Of a stretch of DNA of 64,000 nucleotides, positions 12,785 to 26,273 are shown one piece after another (position 1 is the first letter of the stretch; every line of letters begins with the position of its first letter). Source of the stretch: Malacoraja senta (Eukaryota); NCBI GenBank assembly GCA_038087875.1, contig CM076000.1, positions 310,001 through 374,000 of the forward strand, given 5' to 3'. Both the position numbers and the translations under genes were made by a program. Under the pieces are notes generated by a model. It saw only the letters and a program-made list of their open reading frames with translations, did not search any database and was not told where the DNA came from.

Positions 12785-13813
12785 ACACCCGGTCACTCCC
12801 TTTTCTCCCCTCTCCCATCAGGCAAGAGGTACAGACGTGTGAAAATGCATACCTCCAGATTCAGAGACAGTTTCTTCCCAGCTGTTATCAGGTAATTAAA
12901 TCATCCTACCACAACTAGAGTTGTTATGTCTAACAAGGGCAGGACCTACACAGTGAATGGTAGGCCTCTGGGGAGTGTTGTAGAGCAGAGGGATCTAAGA
13001 GTGCAGGTGCATGGTTCCTTGAATGTCGAGTCGCAGGTAGATAAGGTGGTCAAAATGGCACATTGGCCTTCATCAGTCAGAGTATTGAGTATAGAAGTTG
13101 GGAAGTCATGTTGCAGTTGTGTAAGACGTTGGTGAGACCGCATTTAGAATATTGTGTTCAGTTCTGGGCATCATGCTATAGGAAAGATATTGTCAAGCTT
13201 GAAAGGATTCAGAAAAGATTTAAAAGGATGTTGCCAGGAGTAGAGGGTGTGAGCTATAGGGAGAGATTGAGTAGGCTGGGTCTCTATTCCATGAAGTGCA
13301 GGAGGATGAAGGGTGATCTTATAGAGGTGTATAAAATCATGAGAGGAATATATCGGATAGATGCACAGAGTCTCTTGCCCAGAGTAGGGGAATCGAGGAC
13401 CAGAGGACATAGGTTCAAGGTGAAGGGGAAAAGATTTAATAGGAATCTGAGGGTGTAACTTTTTCACACAAAGGTTGGTGGGTGTATAGAACGAGCTGCC
13501 AGAGGAGGTAGTTGAGGCTGGGACTATCCCAACGTTTAAGAAACAGTTAGACAGGTACATGGATAGGACAGGTTTGGAGGGATATGGAACAAGCTCAGGC
13601 AGGTGGGACTAATGTGGCTGGGACATGTTGGTCGGTGTGGGCTGAAGGGCCTGTTTCCACACTGTATCACTCTATGACTCTAGAGAGCAGTCCTGAGATA
13701 CTATCTACTTCTTTGAAGTACTTTGGGCTATCATTAATTGGACATTACTGGACTTTACCTTGCACTAACTGTTATTGTTAACTGCCTGATAACTAAATGC
13801 CTGACAATTAAGT

Positions 13814-13847
<34 letters not shown>

Positions 13848-13967
13848 CTTTATCATGTGGGCAACTCGATTGTAATCATGTATAGTCTTTCTGCCTACTG
13901 GTTAGCACGCAACAAAAGCTTTTCCCTTGTAGCTCGGTACACGTGACAATAAACTAAACTAAACTAA
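12785..13967 (+). mobile_element. Rex1/Babar-like LINE 3' end interrupted by a CR1 insertion
   Basis: ccagattcagagacagtttcttccc motif at about 12855; resumes after 13680 and ends in gtgacaataaa(ctaaa)n. Confidence 0.7.
12921..13680 (+). mobile_element. CR1/HER1 LINE 3' portion nested in the Rex1 remnant
   Basis: LVRPHLEYCVQFW, RTRGHRFKVKG; tail ctctatgactct; flanked by ctagag on both sides (possible TSD). Confidence 0.88.
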
Positions 13968-16225
13968 TTCTCTAACTGGGAGGAAGAGAGTTGGCTTCAG
14001 GGGAACCGAATAAACAGGACTACAGCAGCAGAAATGATAAACAATGTTCTAAATCTTGATCTACACTAGTCCAGACTTGCCAAGATTTTTTTAACAGTAT
14101 CTAATTAAGAAAACCAATTAAGGTATAATTTAACGCCTCTACTGCATGAATTTCTATTTACGTTCCCAGATTGTTCCCAAAAATGTGTTTCTGCCTTTTG
14201 TTAATAATATTTAAGAAAGTTAAAAAATAAAAGTTTAATTCAAAACATTTAATATTTCTCAACAAAATGTAATAGTGTGCTCTCTGCTTTCTTAATGTTG
14301 AATGCAGGATAGATTTAAGCAGTGAGATCTAATAATTAACTGAATGCATATACATTTCTCAAATAGAACTTGAGTATTCAATGCTCTCCTCTCCTTCTTG
14401 TCTCCACCCACCACAGAGTTCATCCAGAGTGCAGTTGGCCAGATCCAAACTTGCTGAGAGTGCCAGTTATTGTTCCCCATCACGTTTTCTAACATGTGGA
14501 TACAAGGAATTTCAGATGCTGGCTTACAAAAAAAGGACAAAAAGTGCTGGAGTCAAGCGGCATCTTTAGAGAACAGGGACAGATTTTGGGTCGGAATGCT
14601 TCTTCAGACCTCTAACACATAATAGTTTTCTAACACACAATGGTTTCAGGTTCAATAATGCTTCCAATTTAAAATACTCAAACTTGTAATTACATTTTTT
14701 CATGGCCTTGTCACTCTCTCTTTACAGCCCTTTTCAGCTGTAAACTCTACTGAGCTCTGCGTTCCATCTAGTTTGGTTTCAGGTGTAATCTCAATTTTAT
14801 TTAATGCATTGTTGTCGGTCACTGTAACTTGAACTACTAAGCTTTAAAATTATCTGGCGAGCACTTTCAACCTCCTTGAGGGTATTTCTTAGTGTCTCAT
14901 TGACCAAGATTTCAGTCATCTGTCCTAGTACCTCCTCATTAGAGGTTGTCGGGAGAAAAAACTCACCCTCAGTTAGTAGATTAAATGCTCAGTAGAGCAG
15001 CAGAAATCCATTGTAGCTCCTCCGAGGAAATTCCATTCCATTTAAGTAAAAGGAGCTGGATTTTGGAATGAAAATTCAACAGTACAGGCACTGCTTTATT
15101 GGAAGGAATCAAGGATACATTTTTATTTTATTATGTATTGTTATCTAATGTCAAATTTGATTGATAACGTTGCTGTGAAGCATCTTGAGATGTTTTACAA
15201 TGTAAGGGATAGCATAAAAGAGGTGATGTTTTTCATGTGTGTGAAATTTATAAAGATGTAGGAAAAAATATGAATATTTTCATATCAATTTTTTCAGTTT
15301 AAAACTATTTAGTTGCTATTTTGTGATGTGGTACCCTTAAGCCAGCAATTGACAAAAATCTATAACTGGGTAGAGAGCATGCTGACTTCAGCTACAACTG
15401 GCAGTTATAAGTCATTGCGATGATAATATATACAGTAGCTTATGGTAATGTTAGCAAGAGAGAATAACCTGCAGAGGAATCATAGGAAAGCAATTCTTTT
15501 GGTGCTGTGCTATGCACTGCAGCAAACCAACAATGGAAATATGTTTAAGATGGAAAAATGTTGAGTTGTACTGTTTCTCTATTTCCTCTTACAGGGCCTC
15601 CAGCATCTGGTAAGAAGCAGCCATACATGAAGTTCAAAAGAGAAAAAAGGTGATATTTGTGCTCAAAGGATTTCAGAATTGGAAATCCAGTTGTTTACAT
15701 TAACTGTGTTCAATTTAGAGTTTCAGACTCCTAGCCAACACTAGTTTGGAATTTCTGGGGAAAAGCCACAAAGATGTGGAATACAAAGCTGGATGCATTC
15801 CCACACCACAGAAGATGGATAAACCATGCATCAATTCAAAGTGTGACCCAATTCCTTTGTTATGAACTGACAACTGAAATGTTGCTAACTTACCTATTGT
15901 ATTTTCAGATGTCAAAGTTTAAGACTTATATTCTTGAGATTTCATCTCAAAATCCTGTCATTCCTTCAGAAACCAAGACGGCAAAGTATTTTTAACATTT
16001 ACAGCTTTACCTTTAGTTTCAGTAAACACAATTCTTCTATAACTTTAGCTAAATTCTATTTGTGCCTTTTAAATGAAATAGTATTTCTTTTAGAGCAGAA
16101 ATTGAATTGTATAATTATTTCCTAGAAACACATGAAAAATAATTTATTTCTAAAGCAAATAATTTTGCAATTCGTTATAGCCAAGTTATTTATACCAAGA
16201 AAAAAATAATGTTAAACACAATGTC

Positions 16226-16447
16226 GAAACAAGGAATTGCAGATGCTGTTTTATACAAAAGGACATAAACTGCTGAAGTAACTCAGCAGGTCAAGCAGCA
16301 TCTCTGGAGAACATGAAGCAGCATCTTTGGAGAACATGGTTATGTGACGTTTTGGGTCAGTACCCTTCTTCAATCTGAACCCAAAACGTCACCTATCCAT
16401 GTTCTTCAGAGATGCTGATTGACCCACTGTGCTACTCCAACACTTTG
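16226..16447. mobile_element. Penelope pseudo-LTR-derived palindromic short element
   Basis: Two pLTR-like arms in inverted orientation (gtaactcagcaggtcaagcagcatctctggaga ... cttcagagatgctgattgacccactgtgctactcc); homologous to the Penelope termini at 58267 and 60027. Confidence 0.7.
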
Positions 16448-16576
16448 AACTTGTAGATCAATCTTGACTGAACAGAAAGAAAGCAGAATTTGAATTTGTG
16501 TCCTAACGTTAAACACGAGCCATGTTATATCGTGAGCGAGTTTCACTTCCAGAGAAATTAATGTACGTTTTGTTAC

Positions 16577-16877
16577 CTGTGTTCTCATCAGATTGATTGA
16601 AGCCACAGATCTGGCAAATGGCTCGGACCCATTTGTTCATATCTTCCTCCGTCTCTGCCACCAGATAAAAAGTACGATCAATTGTTTTGATGTCAAACAC
16701 AAAGCTGTCTTGAAACTCTTTCTTTTTGAATGTTAGTCCTGCGTCGACTTGCTCACAGAAATGAAGGTCTATCACACGGATTGGCTTTTTGGAATGGTCA
16801 TTTTTGTAGTACTCCAGGACGTCAGGATCGCCACTCATCCGTCCACTGCGTAGAATGAACCAACGCTTCTTCCACGT
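16577..16877 (-). CDS. GAB2: GRB2-associated binding protein 2, internal coding exon (exon 2; PH domain)
   Basis: Translates [100 protein letters not shown]. Acceptor ttcctgtctctttcatttcttAG, donor ACAG|GTAACA; 301 nt, phase 0 to phase 1. [30 protein letters not shown] and AETEEDM match GAB2 rather than GAB1 as I recall them. Confidence 0.93.
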
Positions 16878-17179
16878 CTAAGAAATGAAAGAGACAGGAA
16901 GAGTTAAGAATCAATACAACCTAGTGCTGGTCAATATGGTTTCGAATCTTCTTCTTCAATCTAGATACAGCGTTAAACATTCTGAACTACTTTCCATTGT
17001 TTTTTATAGAATAAACCGTGTAGCCAGTTTTACAAATATGTTGAAACCTGCTTAAATGATGCCCAAACATAAGATGGAGTAAAGAGATATCTTTTTTTAA
17101 TATACAAGGGGACTGGAAATTGAAAGAGCCTGTCTTGCCCGAATGGAACTCTGTACCTTCAGATGTCAAGCTAGAAAGT

Positions 17180-17379
17180 GGACACAAATTGCTGGAATAA
17201 CTCAGCAGCATCTCTGGACAAAAAGGATGGGTGACGTTTCGGGTCAGGACCCTTCTTCAGATATGAGTCTTCAGAGTCTGAAGAAGTGTCCCGACCCAAA
17301 GCGTCACCCATCCTTTATCTCTAGAGATGCTGCCTGACCCGCTGAGTACAAGTCAGCATCTGCAGTTCCTTTCCACACA
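17180..17379. mobile_element. Penelope pLTR-derived palindromic element with hammerhead-like core
   Basis: Inverted arms; minus strand 17260-17233 reads CTGAAGA-A-GGGTC-CT-GACCC-GAAAC-GTC. Confidence 0.7.
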
Positions 17380-17436
17380 AGCTAGAAAGTGGGAGAGGCA
17401 TGTCTCCGGTATAATGGTTTGTACTGTATCTGGTTA

Positions 17437-20400
17437 CATAGATACATAGAAAATAGGTGCAGGAGTAGGCCATTCGGCCCTTCGAGCCTGCACCGCCATT
17501 CAATATGATCATGGCTGATCATCCAACTCAGTATCCCGTACCTGCCTTCTCTCCATATCCCCTGATCCCCTTAGCCACAAGGGCCACATCTAACTCCCTC
17601 TTAAATATAGCCAATGAACTGGCCTCAACTACCCTCTGTGGCAGAGAATTCCAGAGATTCACCACTCTCTGTGTGAAAAAGTTTTTCCTCATCTCGGTCT
17701 TAAAGGATTTCCCCCTTATCCTTAAGCTGTGACCCCTTGTCCTGGACTTCCCCAACATCGGGAACAATCTTCCTGCATCTAGCCTGTCCAACCCCATAAG
17801 AATTTTGTACGTTTCTATAAGATCCCCTCTCAATCTCCTAAATTCTAGCGAGTATAAGCCAAGTCTATCCAGTCTTTCTTCGTATGAAAGTCCTGACATC
17901 CCAGGAATCATTCTGGTGAACCTTCTCTGCACTCCCTCTATGGCTATAATGTCCTTCCTCAGATTTGGAGACCAAAACTGTACGCAATACTCCAGGTGTG
18001 GTCTCACCAAGACCCTGTACAACTGCAGTAGAACCTCCCTGCTCCTATACTCAAATCCTCATGCTATGAAAGCCAACATACCATTCGCTTTCTTCACTGC
18101 CTGCTGCACCTGCATGCCTACTTTCAATGACTGGTGTACCATGACACCCAGGTCTCGCTGCATCTCCCCATTTCCTAATCGGCCACCATTTAGATAATAG
18201 TCTGCCTTCCCGTTTTTGCCACCAAAGTGGATAACCTCACATTTATCCACATTATACTGCATCTGCCAAACATTTGCCCACTCACCCAGCCTATCCAAGT
18301 CACCTTGCAGTCTCCTAGCATCCTCCTCACAGCTAACACTGCCCCCCAGCTTAGTGTCATCCGCAAACTTGGAGATGTTGCTTTCAATTCCCTCATCCAG
18401 GTCATTAATATAAATTGTAAATAGCTGGGGTCTCAGCACTGAGCCTTGCGGTACCCCACTAGTCACTGCCTGCCATTGTGAAAAGGACCCGTTTACTCCT
18501 ACTCTTTGCTTCCTGTTTGCCAGCCAGTTCTCTATCCACATCAATACTGAACCCCCAATACCGTGTGATTTAAGTTTGTATCCTAATCTCTTATGTGGTA
18601 CCTTGTCGAAAGCCTTCTGAAAGTCCAGATACAACACATCCACTGGTTCTCCCCTATCCACTCTACTCGTTACATCCTCGAAAAATTCTATAAGATTCGT
18701 CAGACACGATTTACCTTTCGTAAATCCATGCTGACTTTGTCCAATGATTTCACCACTTTCCAAATGTGCTGCTATCCCATCTTTAATAATGACTCTAGCA
18801 GTTTCCCCACTACCGATGTTAGACTAACTGGTCTGTAATTCCCCGTTTTCTCTCTCCCTCCCTTCTTAAAAAGTGGGGTTACGTTTGCTACCCTCCAATC
18901 CTCAGGAACTACTCCAGAATCTAAAGAGATTTGAAAAATTATCACTAATGCATCCACTATTTCTGGAGCTACTTCCTTAAGTACTCTGGGATGCAGCCTA
19001 TCTGGCCCTGGTGATTTATCGGCCTTTAATCCATTCAATTTACCCAACACCACTTCCCGACTAACCTGGATTTCACTCAGTTCCTCCATCTCCTTTGACC
19101 CGCGGCCCCCTGCTATTTCCGGCAGATTATTTATGTCTTCCTTAGTGAAGACGGAACCAAAGTAGTTATTCAATTGGTCCGCCATATCCTTGTTCCCCAT
19201 GATCAATTCACCTGTTTCTGACTGCAAGGGACCTACATTTGTTTTAACTAATCTCTTTCTCTTCACATATCTATACAAACTTTTGCAGTCAGTTTTTAAG
19301 TTCCCTGCCAGTTTCCTTTCATAATCTATTTTTCCCTTTCCTAATTAAGCCCTTTGTCCTCCTCTGCTGGTCTCTGAATTTCTCCCAGTCCTCTGGTATG
19401 CTGCTTTTTTTGGCTAATTTGTACGCATCATCTTTTGCTTTGATACTATCCCTGATTTCCCTTGTTATCCACGGATGCACTACCTTCCCTGATTTATTCT
19501 TTTGCCAAACTGGGATGAACAATTTTTGTAGTTCATCCATGCAGTCTTTAAATGCCTTCCATTGCATATCCACCGTCAACCCTTTTAGAACTAATTGCCA
19601 GTCAATCTTGGCCAATTCACGTCTCATACCCTCAAAGTTACCTTTCTTTAAGTTCAGAACCGTTGTTTCTGAATTAACAATGTCACTCTCCATCCTAATG
19701 AAGAACTCAACCATATTATGGTCACTCTTGTCCAAGGGGGCACGCACAACAAGACTGCTAACTAACCCTTCCTCATTACTCAATACCCAGTCTAGAATAG
19801 CCTGCTCTCTCGTTGGTTCCTCTACATGTTGGTTTAGATAACTATCCCGCATACATTCCAAGAAATCCTCTTCCTCAGCACCCCTGCCAATTTGATTCAC
19901 CCAATCTATATGTAGATTGAAGTCACCCATTATAACTGTTTTGCCTTTGTTGCACGCATTTCTAATTTCCTGTTTGATGCCATCCCCAACTTCACTACTA
20001 TTGCTAGGTGGCCTGTACACAACACCCACCAGCGTTTTCTGCCCCTTAGTGTTTCGCAGCTCTACCCATACCGATTCCACATCCTCCAAGCTAATGTCCT
20101 TCCTTTCCACTGCGTTAATCTCGTCTCTAACCAGCAACGCTACCCCACCTCCTTTTCGTTTCTCTCTATCCTGAATATTGAATATCCCTGGATGTTCAGC
20201 TCCCAGCCTTGGTCACCCTGGAGCCATGTCTCCGTGATCCCAACTATATCATAATCATTAATTGCTATCTGCACGTTCAACTCATCCACCTTATTACGAA
20301 TGCTCCTTGCATTGAGACCCAAAGCCTTCAGGCTTGTTTTTACAACGCTCTTACCCCTTATACAATTATGTTGAAAAGTGGCGCTTTTTGATTTTTGCCC

Positions 20401-21126
20401 TGGATTTGTCTGCCTGTCACTTTTACTTTTCACCTTGCTACCTATTGCTTCCACCCGCATTTTACACCCCTCTGTTTCTCTGCTCACCCATTTAAGAACC
20501 CCACCACCTCTTATTCTCTGTTTATTATTGTTTTCTTCTTCCCCCACTACATGTTGGGTCTGAGTGCTTTCCTTCTCTGCCTCCTGCCTCACACACTGTC
20601 TAATAGCATTCTCTATTTGAGTCCCTCCCCCCAACCATTCTAGTTTAAAGTCTCCCCAGTAGCCTTTGCAGATCTCCCCGCCAGGATATCGGTCCCCCTC
20701 AGGTTCAAGTGCAACCCATCCTTTTTGTACAGGTCGAACCTTCCACAAAAAAGGTCCCAATGATCCAGAAATTTGAATCCCTGCCTTCTGCACCAGTCCT
20801 TCAGCCACGCATTTATCCTCCACCTCGCTCCATTCCTACTCTCACTGTCGCGTGGCACAGGCAGTAATCCCGAGATTGTTACCTTTGCTGTCGTTCTCTT
20901 TAACTCCCCTCCTAACTCCCTAAATTCTCCTTTCAGGACCTCTTCTATTTTTTTACCTATGTCATTGGTACCTATATGTACCACGACCTCGGGCTCCTCT
21001 CCCTGCCCTTTCAGGATATCTTGGACACGTTGAGACACATCACAGACCCTGGCACCAGGGAGGCAAACTACCATCCGGGTCTCCCGACTGCGTTCACAGA
21101 ATCGCCTGTCTGACCCCCTAACTATA
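17437..21126 (-). mobile_element. Long CR1 LINE (about 3.7 kb): ORF1 SGNH-esterase part, APE endonuclease and RT; 5'-truncated, few lesions
   Basis: ORF1 CLPGARV...VVVHIGTND (20640-21074); APE LNARSIRNK, GITETW, GVVYRPP, IMGDFN, SDHN; RT motifs 17528-18790; about 3 frameshifts and one stop at 18059. Confidence 0.96.
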
Positions 21127-21504
21127 GGGGGTTGAAAAATAATTTGCTGAAGGAACAGAATGAAGAATAAATCTTACTCCAAAAGACTGAATTAAAGAAG
21201 CTGAATGGATAATCTCTGTCACTGGAGAGTCGAGATCTCATGAGAAATTACAGAATGGAAAGGAACGGCCAGATCCAACCATTGTAAAGCCAAATGTAGG
21301 CACAGCACTCAAACAATTATTTTGTTTATGCTTCTGCAACTAAAATGAAGAAACTCGTTTGACCCCATAAGTTCAAATTTAAAAATTTTAACAGTTCTTT
21401 AGAATTATACAGTCCAATGGTGAAAGTCCTTCCCATGGTTTTGAAAGTACCCACGTAATTTTAGTATAGCTTTGATTCATTGTGTAATGCAACTAGAAAC
21501 AGTA

Positions 21505-21765
21505 GAAACAAAGAACTTAAGATGCTGATCAGATGCTGTACAGGTGCTCCTGATACTGTTTCTCAGCATAAAAGGACTCATAGTGCTGCAGTAACTCAGC
21601 GGGTCAGGCAACATCTCTGGTGAACACGGATAGGTGACTTTTCAGTCTTTTTCTTTAGACTTCTCCAGAAAAAGTGTCGCAACTTGAAACGTCACCCATC
21701 CACATTCTCCAGAGATGTTGCCTGATCTGCTGAGTTACTACAGCACTTTGAGTCATTTTGTGCCC
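21505..21765. mobile_element. Penelope pLTR-derived palindromic element with probable 10-bp TSD
   Basis: Inverted pLTR arms; agaaacagta at 21495-21504 and 21766-21775. Confidence 0.65.
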
Positions 21766-22064
21766 AGAAACAGTATCAGGAGCACTTGTACAGCCATTCA
21801 ATACAAACATGGCCTTACCCGCTCTCTACAATGTCTAGAAAACTATCTCCTTAAACATATTCAGCCTTGGCCTGCATAGCCTTCTGTGGTAGAGAATTCC
21901 ACAGTATGGCGTATCATGAAACTACAACCACTGGTTCTTGATCCTCCACACAGGCAATGTCTCCTCTCAATATCAGCCTGGTCATTAATTTCTGTTTGAA
22001 AATTATAGGTATATAAAATGGATGGGGTATAGGCAGCGTACACAGTAATGACAGTAAGATGGAA

Positions 22065-22342
22065 ATTTCAAAGAGCAGAGTGCACTGTTTTTAGGTGAGA
22101 GGGGCAAAGTTTAAAGAAGAGGAGCAGGCAAGTTTTTTTTTAACATACAGAGAGTGGTGGATGCCTGGCCAACTGCCAAGGGGTGTTTGAGGCAGATACA
22201 TCAGGGGCTTTTAAGTAGGCACATGAATGTGCAGGAAATGGAGGGATATGGATCATGGGCAGGCAGAGGAGATTACTTTAACTTGACATCATGGCCATTG
22301 TGGGCTGAAGGGCCTTTTCCTGTGCTGTACTGTTCTATGTTT
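22065..22342 (+). mobile_element. Old CR1 3' fragment
   Basis: gggctgaagggccttttcctgtgctgtactgttctatg tail. Confidence 0.7.
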
Positions 22343-22362
22343 GAGCATGGAGGGGGGGGTGT

Positions 22363-22365
<3 letters not shown>

Positions 22366-22427
<62 letters not shown>

Positions 22428-22440
22428 CGTGCGTGTGTGT
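22366..22440. repeat. (GT)n microsatellite
   Basis: Directly visible, with a few GC interruptions at the right end. Confidence 0.98.
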
Positions 22441-22835
22441 GGTCTGTGCCAATATTTTGCCTGCACAATTCAAAAGTTAATTAATTTGTGTCTCAACTAC
22501 ATCCCTATGGCAAAGCATGCTGTTTTTATAAATCTTTTCACCATTTCACAGGAAAACAAGGAAGCACTATGGTGGTGACCCAGGTTCAATTCTGTGCTTC
22601 TTGTGCTATCTGTGTGGAGTTTACACTTTCCTTATGCCCTCCTGAGGTTCCTCCAGGTGCTTCATTTTTCTCTCACATCCCAAAGCTTTTCTTACTGGTA
22701 AGGTTGATTAGCTACCGTAAATTGCCCTAGTATGTAGATTGAGTGTGAGAATATAGGGTAGATGTGGGAGATGCCATCTTACAGGGACAAACAGTTAAAG
22801 CTTTCTTTTTGACTCATGAAAAGGGCGAGAATGGG

Positions 22836-23125
22836 GATAGGCATAGGCTTAAGGTGAAAGGGGAAAGATTTAAGAGGGACCTGAGGGGCAACTTGTTTCA
22901 GTCAAAGGTTAGTCCATGTTTGGAATGTGCTACCAGAGGAAGCTATAGCAGTGGATACAATTACAACTTTGAAAAGACATCTGGGCAGACGCATGGATAG
23001 GAAGTGTTGAGAGCTTTGGGCCAAATACAGGCAAATGTACTAGACCAGTATGCCAACCTGGTCAGCATGGACAAGATGGGCCAAAGGGCCTGTTTACCTG
23101 CTTGAAAGATCTGTGACTCTATAAC
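22836..23125 (+). mobile_element. Old CR1 3' fragment
   Basis: HRLKVKGERFKRDLRGN; tail gggccaaagggcctgttt...gactct. Confidence 0.7.
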
Positions 23126-23159
23126 TCCTATGGATTTCTCTTCACTGAGTTCCTAAGTG

Positions 23160-23800
23160 CAAATATCACCAACAATTTGACCTGGTCGATGATGTGGACA
23201 AAAAAGCACATCAACGTCTTTCCTCAGAAGACTAAGGAAATTTGCCATGTTCCCAGTAACTTACCAATTGCTACAGATGCACCGTAGAAAACATCCAATC
23301 GGGATGTATCACAGCTTGGTTTGGCAACTGCTGTGGCTGAGACCACAAGAAATCGCAGAGAGTTGTGGATACAGCCTCGTCCATCAGGCAAACCCGCCTC
23401 TCCCCTCCCCTCCTCTCCACCCCCCTCCTCCTCACAATTGGCTCCATCTATACACTGCCTTGGAAAAGCAACCAACGTAAAACAAGGACTACTCGCACCC
23501 CAGTTATTCTCTTTTTCCTCTAGCAGAAGAAACAAAAGCTTGAAAACATGTACCACCAGATTCAAGAACAGACATTATCAGACTCTCCTCCCATATGCTA
23601 AGGATGTATCCTCAATCTTACAACCCACCTTGTTACATCACTTGATCATTTTTTTAATCTGCATTTTCTCGAGAGCTGCAACACTATATTCTGCATTCTG
23701 TTTATTTTCCCTTTTGCACTACTTGTTATACTTGTGTATGATGTGATTTTTCTGGATAGCATCCAAAGAAATGTTTTTCAGTGCATCGCAGTATATTAAC
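23160..23800 (+). mobile_element. Decayed Rex1/Babar LINE 3' part
   Basis: ttcctcagaagactaaggaaattt (FLRRLRKF), atcacagcttggtttggcaactg (ITAWFGN), accaccagattcaagaacag (TTRFKN). Confidence 0.72.
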
Positions 23801-25953
23801 AAGTAAACACATGCTAATACCATTTTCTAACAAAAAAAACCATGAGTTTTGTGGCATGTAGAATTGAGTAAATGAAAACATGATATTCCAGCACCATTTG
23901 ATGTGAAACTAGTTTTCTCCCATCATTTGGAGAAATTCCAGTTGTCAGTGTTTAAATTTCATGGGATTCCAAAAGTCATAAATTCTCATTATAGTGTCAT
24001 GTTCCAAACCTAAAAGCATTCACGGAGCTTGTGGGCAGACAGTAAGATGACAAATATTTGTGGAATTCCACAGAGATTTATTAACAGTATGCATACAGAA
24101 AGTAAAAAGGCAGACGAGACAACATTTTAGATATAAGACGATAAAAGCACAAACGAGCATTGATTGTGACAACTCTGTTCTAAAGTAATTTGTTAAGACT
24201 GGGAGAGAGAAAATTGAAATTTTCCCACTGTACAAGTCATAATGGTGGACACATTCCGGCATTTAACATAACACAAAGTGTCATGGCATCCTTTAAATCA
24301 TACTGGTGAAGTCTCCAAGTTCCAAATTTATGTGAGCAACCATATAAGAACAATTTGTTCGCATTGAAGTGAAACTTTGATATTGACTGGTTGGGCGAAA
24401 CTGCCTCCTTCATTGTTGGAACTTTTGTACACCTTTTTAACCAGTATTACATTTTGTAATGGATGAAAGACAAGTCACAAAATGATCTTATTGCTGTTGC
24501 TGTAAACTTGCGTTTCTGCATTATAGCATTGACTGCACTACAGAAGAACTTCACGACAAGCGCTCTTTTATTGCATGTTTATATTTTTATGCATTATATC
24601 TGCACTGCTCTCAGGATAATTTGCACCTACTAAAGTTTGGACATCACACAATGGCCTTTAACATTAGTTATTTTATTGGACATCACTTGATTATCTTTAA
24701 CATCAGTTCCTTGCAGCTTCATTAGGGTCAACAATGAACCATTTTAACTGCAGCCGATTGATATTATGGAGAATGAAAAAGGTAAAATTGACTTCCAATG
24801 GTCTTTTGTCATTAATTGACTAACACTTTCAATGAATACTATAGCCACTCTTAGAAGTCTGCATCTTTTTGTACAATGTACAGAATTATGATGTATTCTT
24901 GTTTCCTAATGTTCAAGGTCATGATCAGAGGACTATCCCTACTTGGCAACTGCCATGATTTGCAGTTCATTCTGAACGGATGAAATACTCTAGGAATTGT
25001 GGATGTTGCTCCAGGGGTTCAAGTATTTCATAAATTGTAAGCGATATCATGTGAGTAATTACAGCTAGATAACGTCTCTACTAACTCACTCTATTCTGGT
25101 CAATGAATTTAAAACATGACGGCAATAAATACGTCACTCTGTATTCAGTGTCAGAACACTCATTGTTGACATCAGGGGGAAGTAATGTTCCTATATGCGA
25201 GGAGCAAACAATATTATGTTGATCTTACAATTTCCTGAAAATCATGAACACGTATATGTAAACAGAACACAGAGATAATAATCCAACTCAAAGACAAATC
25301 CACTTGCTGCTTAGCTCACAATAATTACGACAGCTGGTGAGATTTGTTAAAGGCACAGAGATCCAAGACATGTGGTCGCACCTGCACAAATACATGTGCA
25401 GGAAATAATAAACTATTTCAACAGCTATATTTGCATGTTATAGCTAAGATGTAAAACTGTCACCGTGCCAAATTGCCAAAAAGATAATGACGTCACACTT
25501 GCTTGCTTCAATAAATCCAAAAGCTACTTTGACCATTGATAATTCAGAAGGTGAGCCTTGTTAGAATGCGGAAGAGTTGAAGTGACAAGCACAAATTCAA
25601 TTTAGCGGAAGCTTGAATGGCACACAAGCCAGAAAGGAATGGAAGGGCAATGCAAAGAGAACCCAGTGAAGGAGAATGGGATAGACTAGCATGTAGTATA
25701 ACACTATAATAGATCAGCAGGGCTTGATGTTCTATGTCTGTCCCATAAATCGTAGCCAACATTGAATCTCTGCATTGAGTATCATTATTTTCTTTTGGAG
25801 AGCTTTCTTTTTTCAGGGTTACTTTTTTTATGATGTGCCTTACTATTTCTATAAACGTATTCAACTATTCTTAGACAACCTTTTGCCAGGTCTCTACCGT
25901 GTTAGTGTTACTAAAGAATGCAGTTCTTAATTTTCCGTCTCTCCATGTAGTGA

Positions 25954-26273
25954 AGTTTAGTTTAGTTTTTAGATACAGTGCTGAAACAGGCCCTTCAGCC
26001 CACCAAGTCTGCACCGACCAGCGATCCCCGTGCACTAACACTATCCTACACAAACTAGGGACAATTTACATTTATACTAATCCAATTAACCTGCAAACCT
26101 CTACGTCTTTGGAGTGAGGGAGGAAACCGAAGATCTCAGAGAAAACCCACACAGGTCACGGCGTGAATGTACAAACTCCGTACAGACAGTCCCCGTAATC
26201 GGAATTGAACCCAGGCCTCTGGCGGTATAAGCGCTGTAAGACGGCAACTTTACCCCTGCACCACCGTGCTGCC
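25954..26273 (-). mobile_element. HE1-type SINE, full length
   Basis: (tttag)n tail, V-domain and tRNA-like head on the minus strand. Confidence 0.88.

Noticed and set aside
16509..16576. ORF-track extension beyond the GAB2 exon
   Set aside because: Read-through past the GT donor into intron; the M at 16838 is internal, not a start codon.
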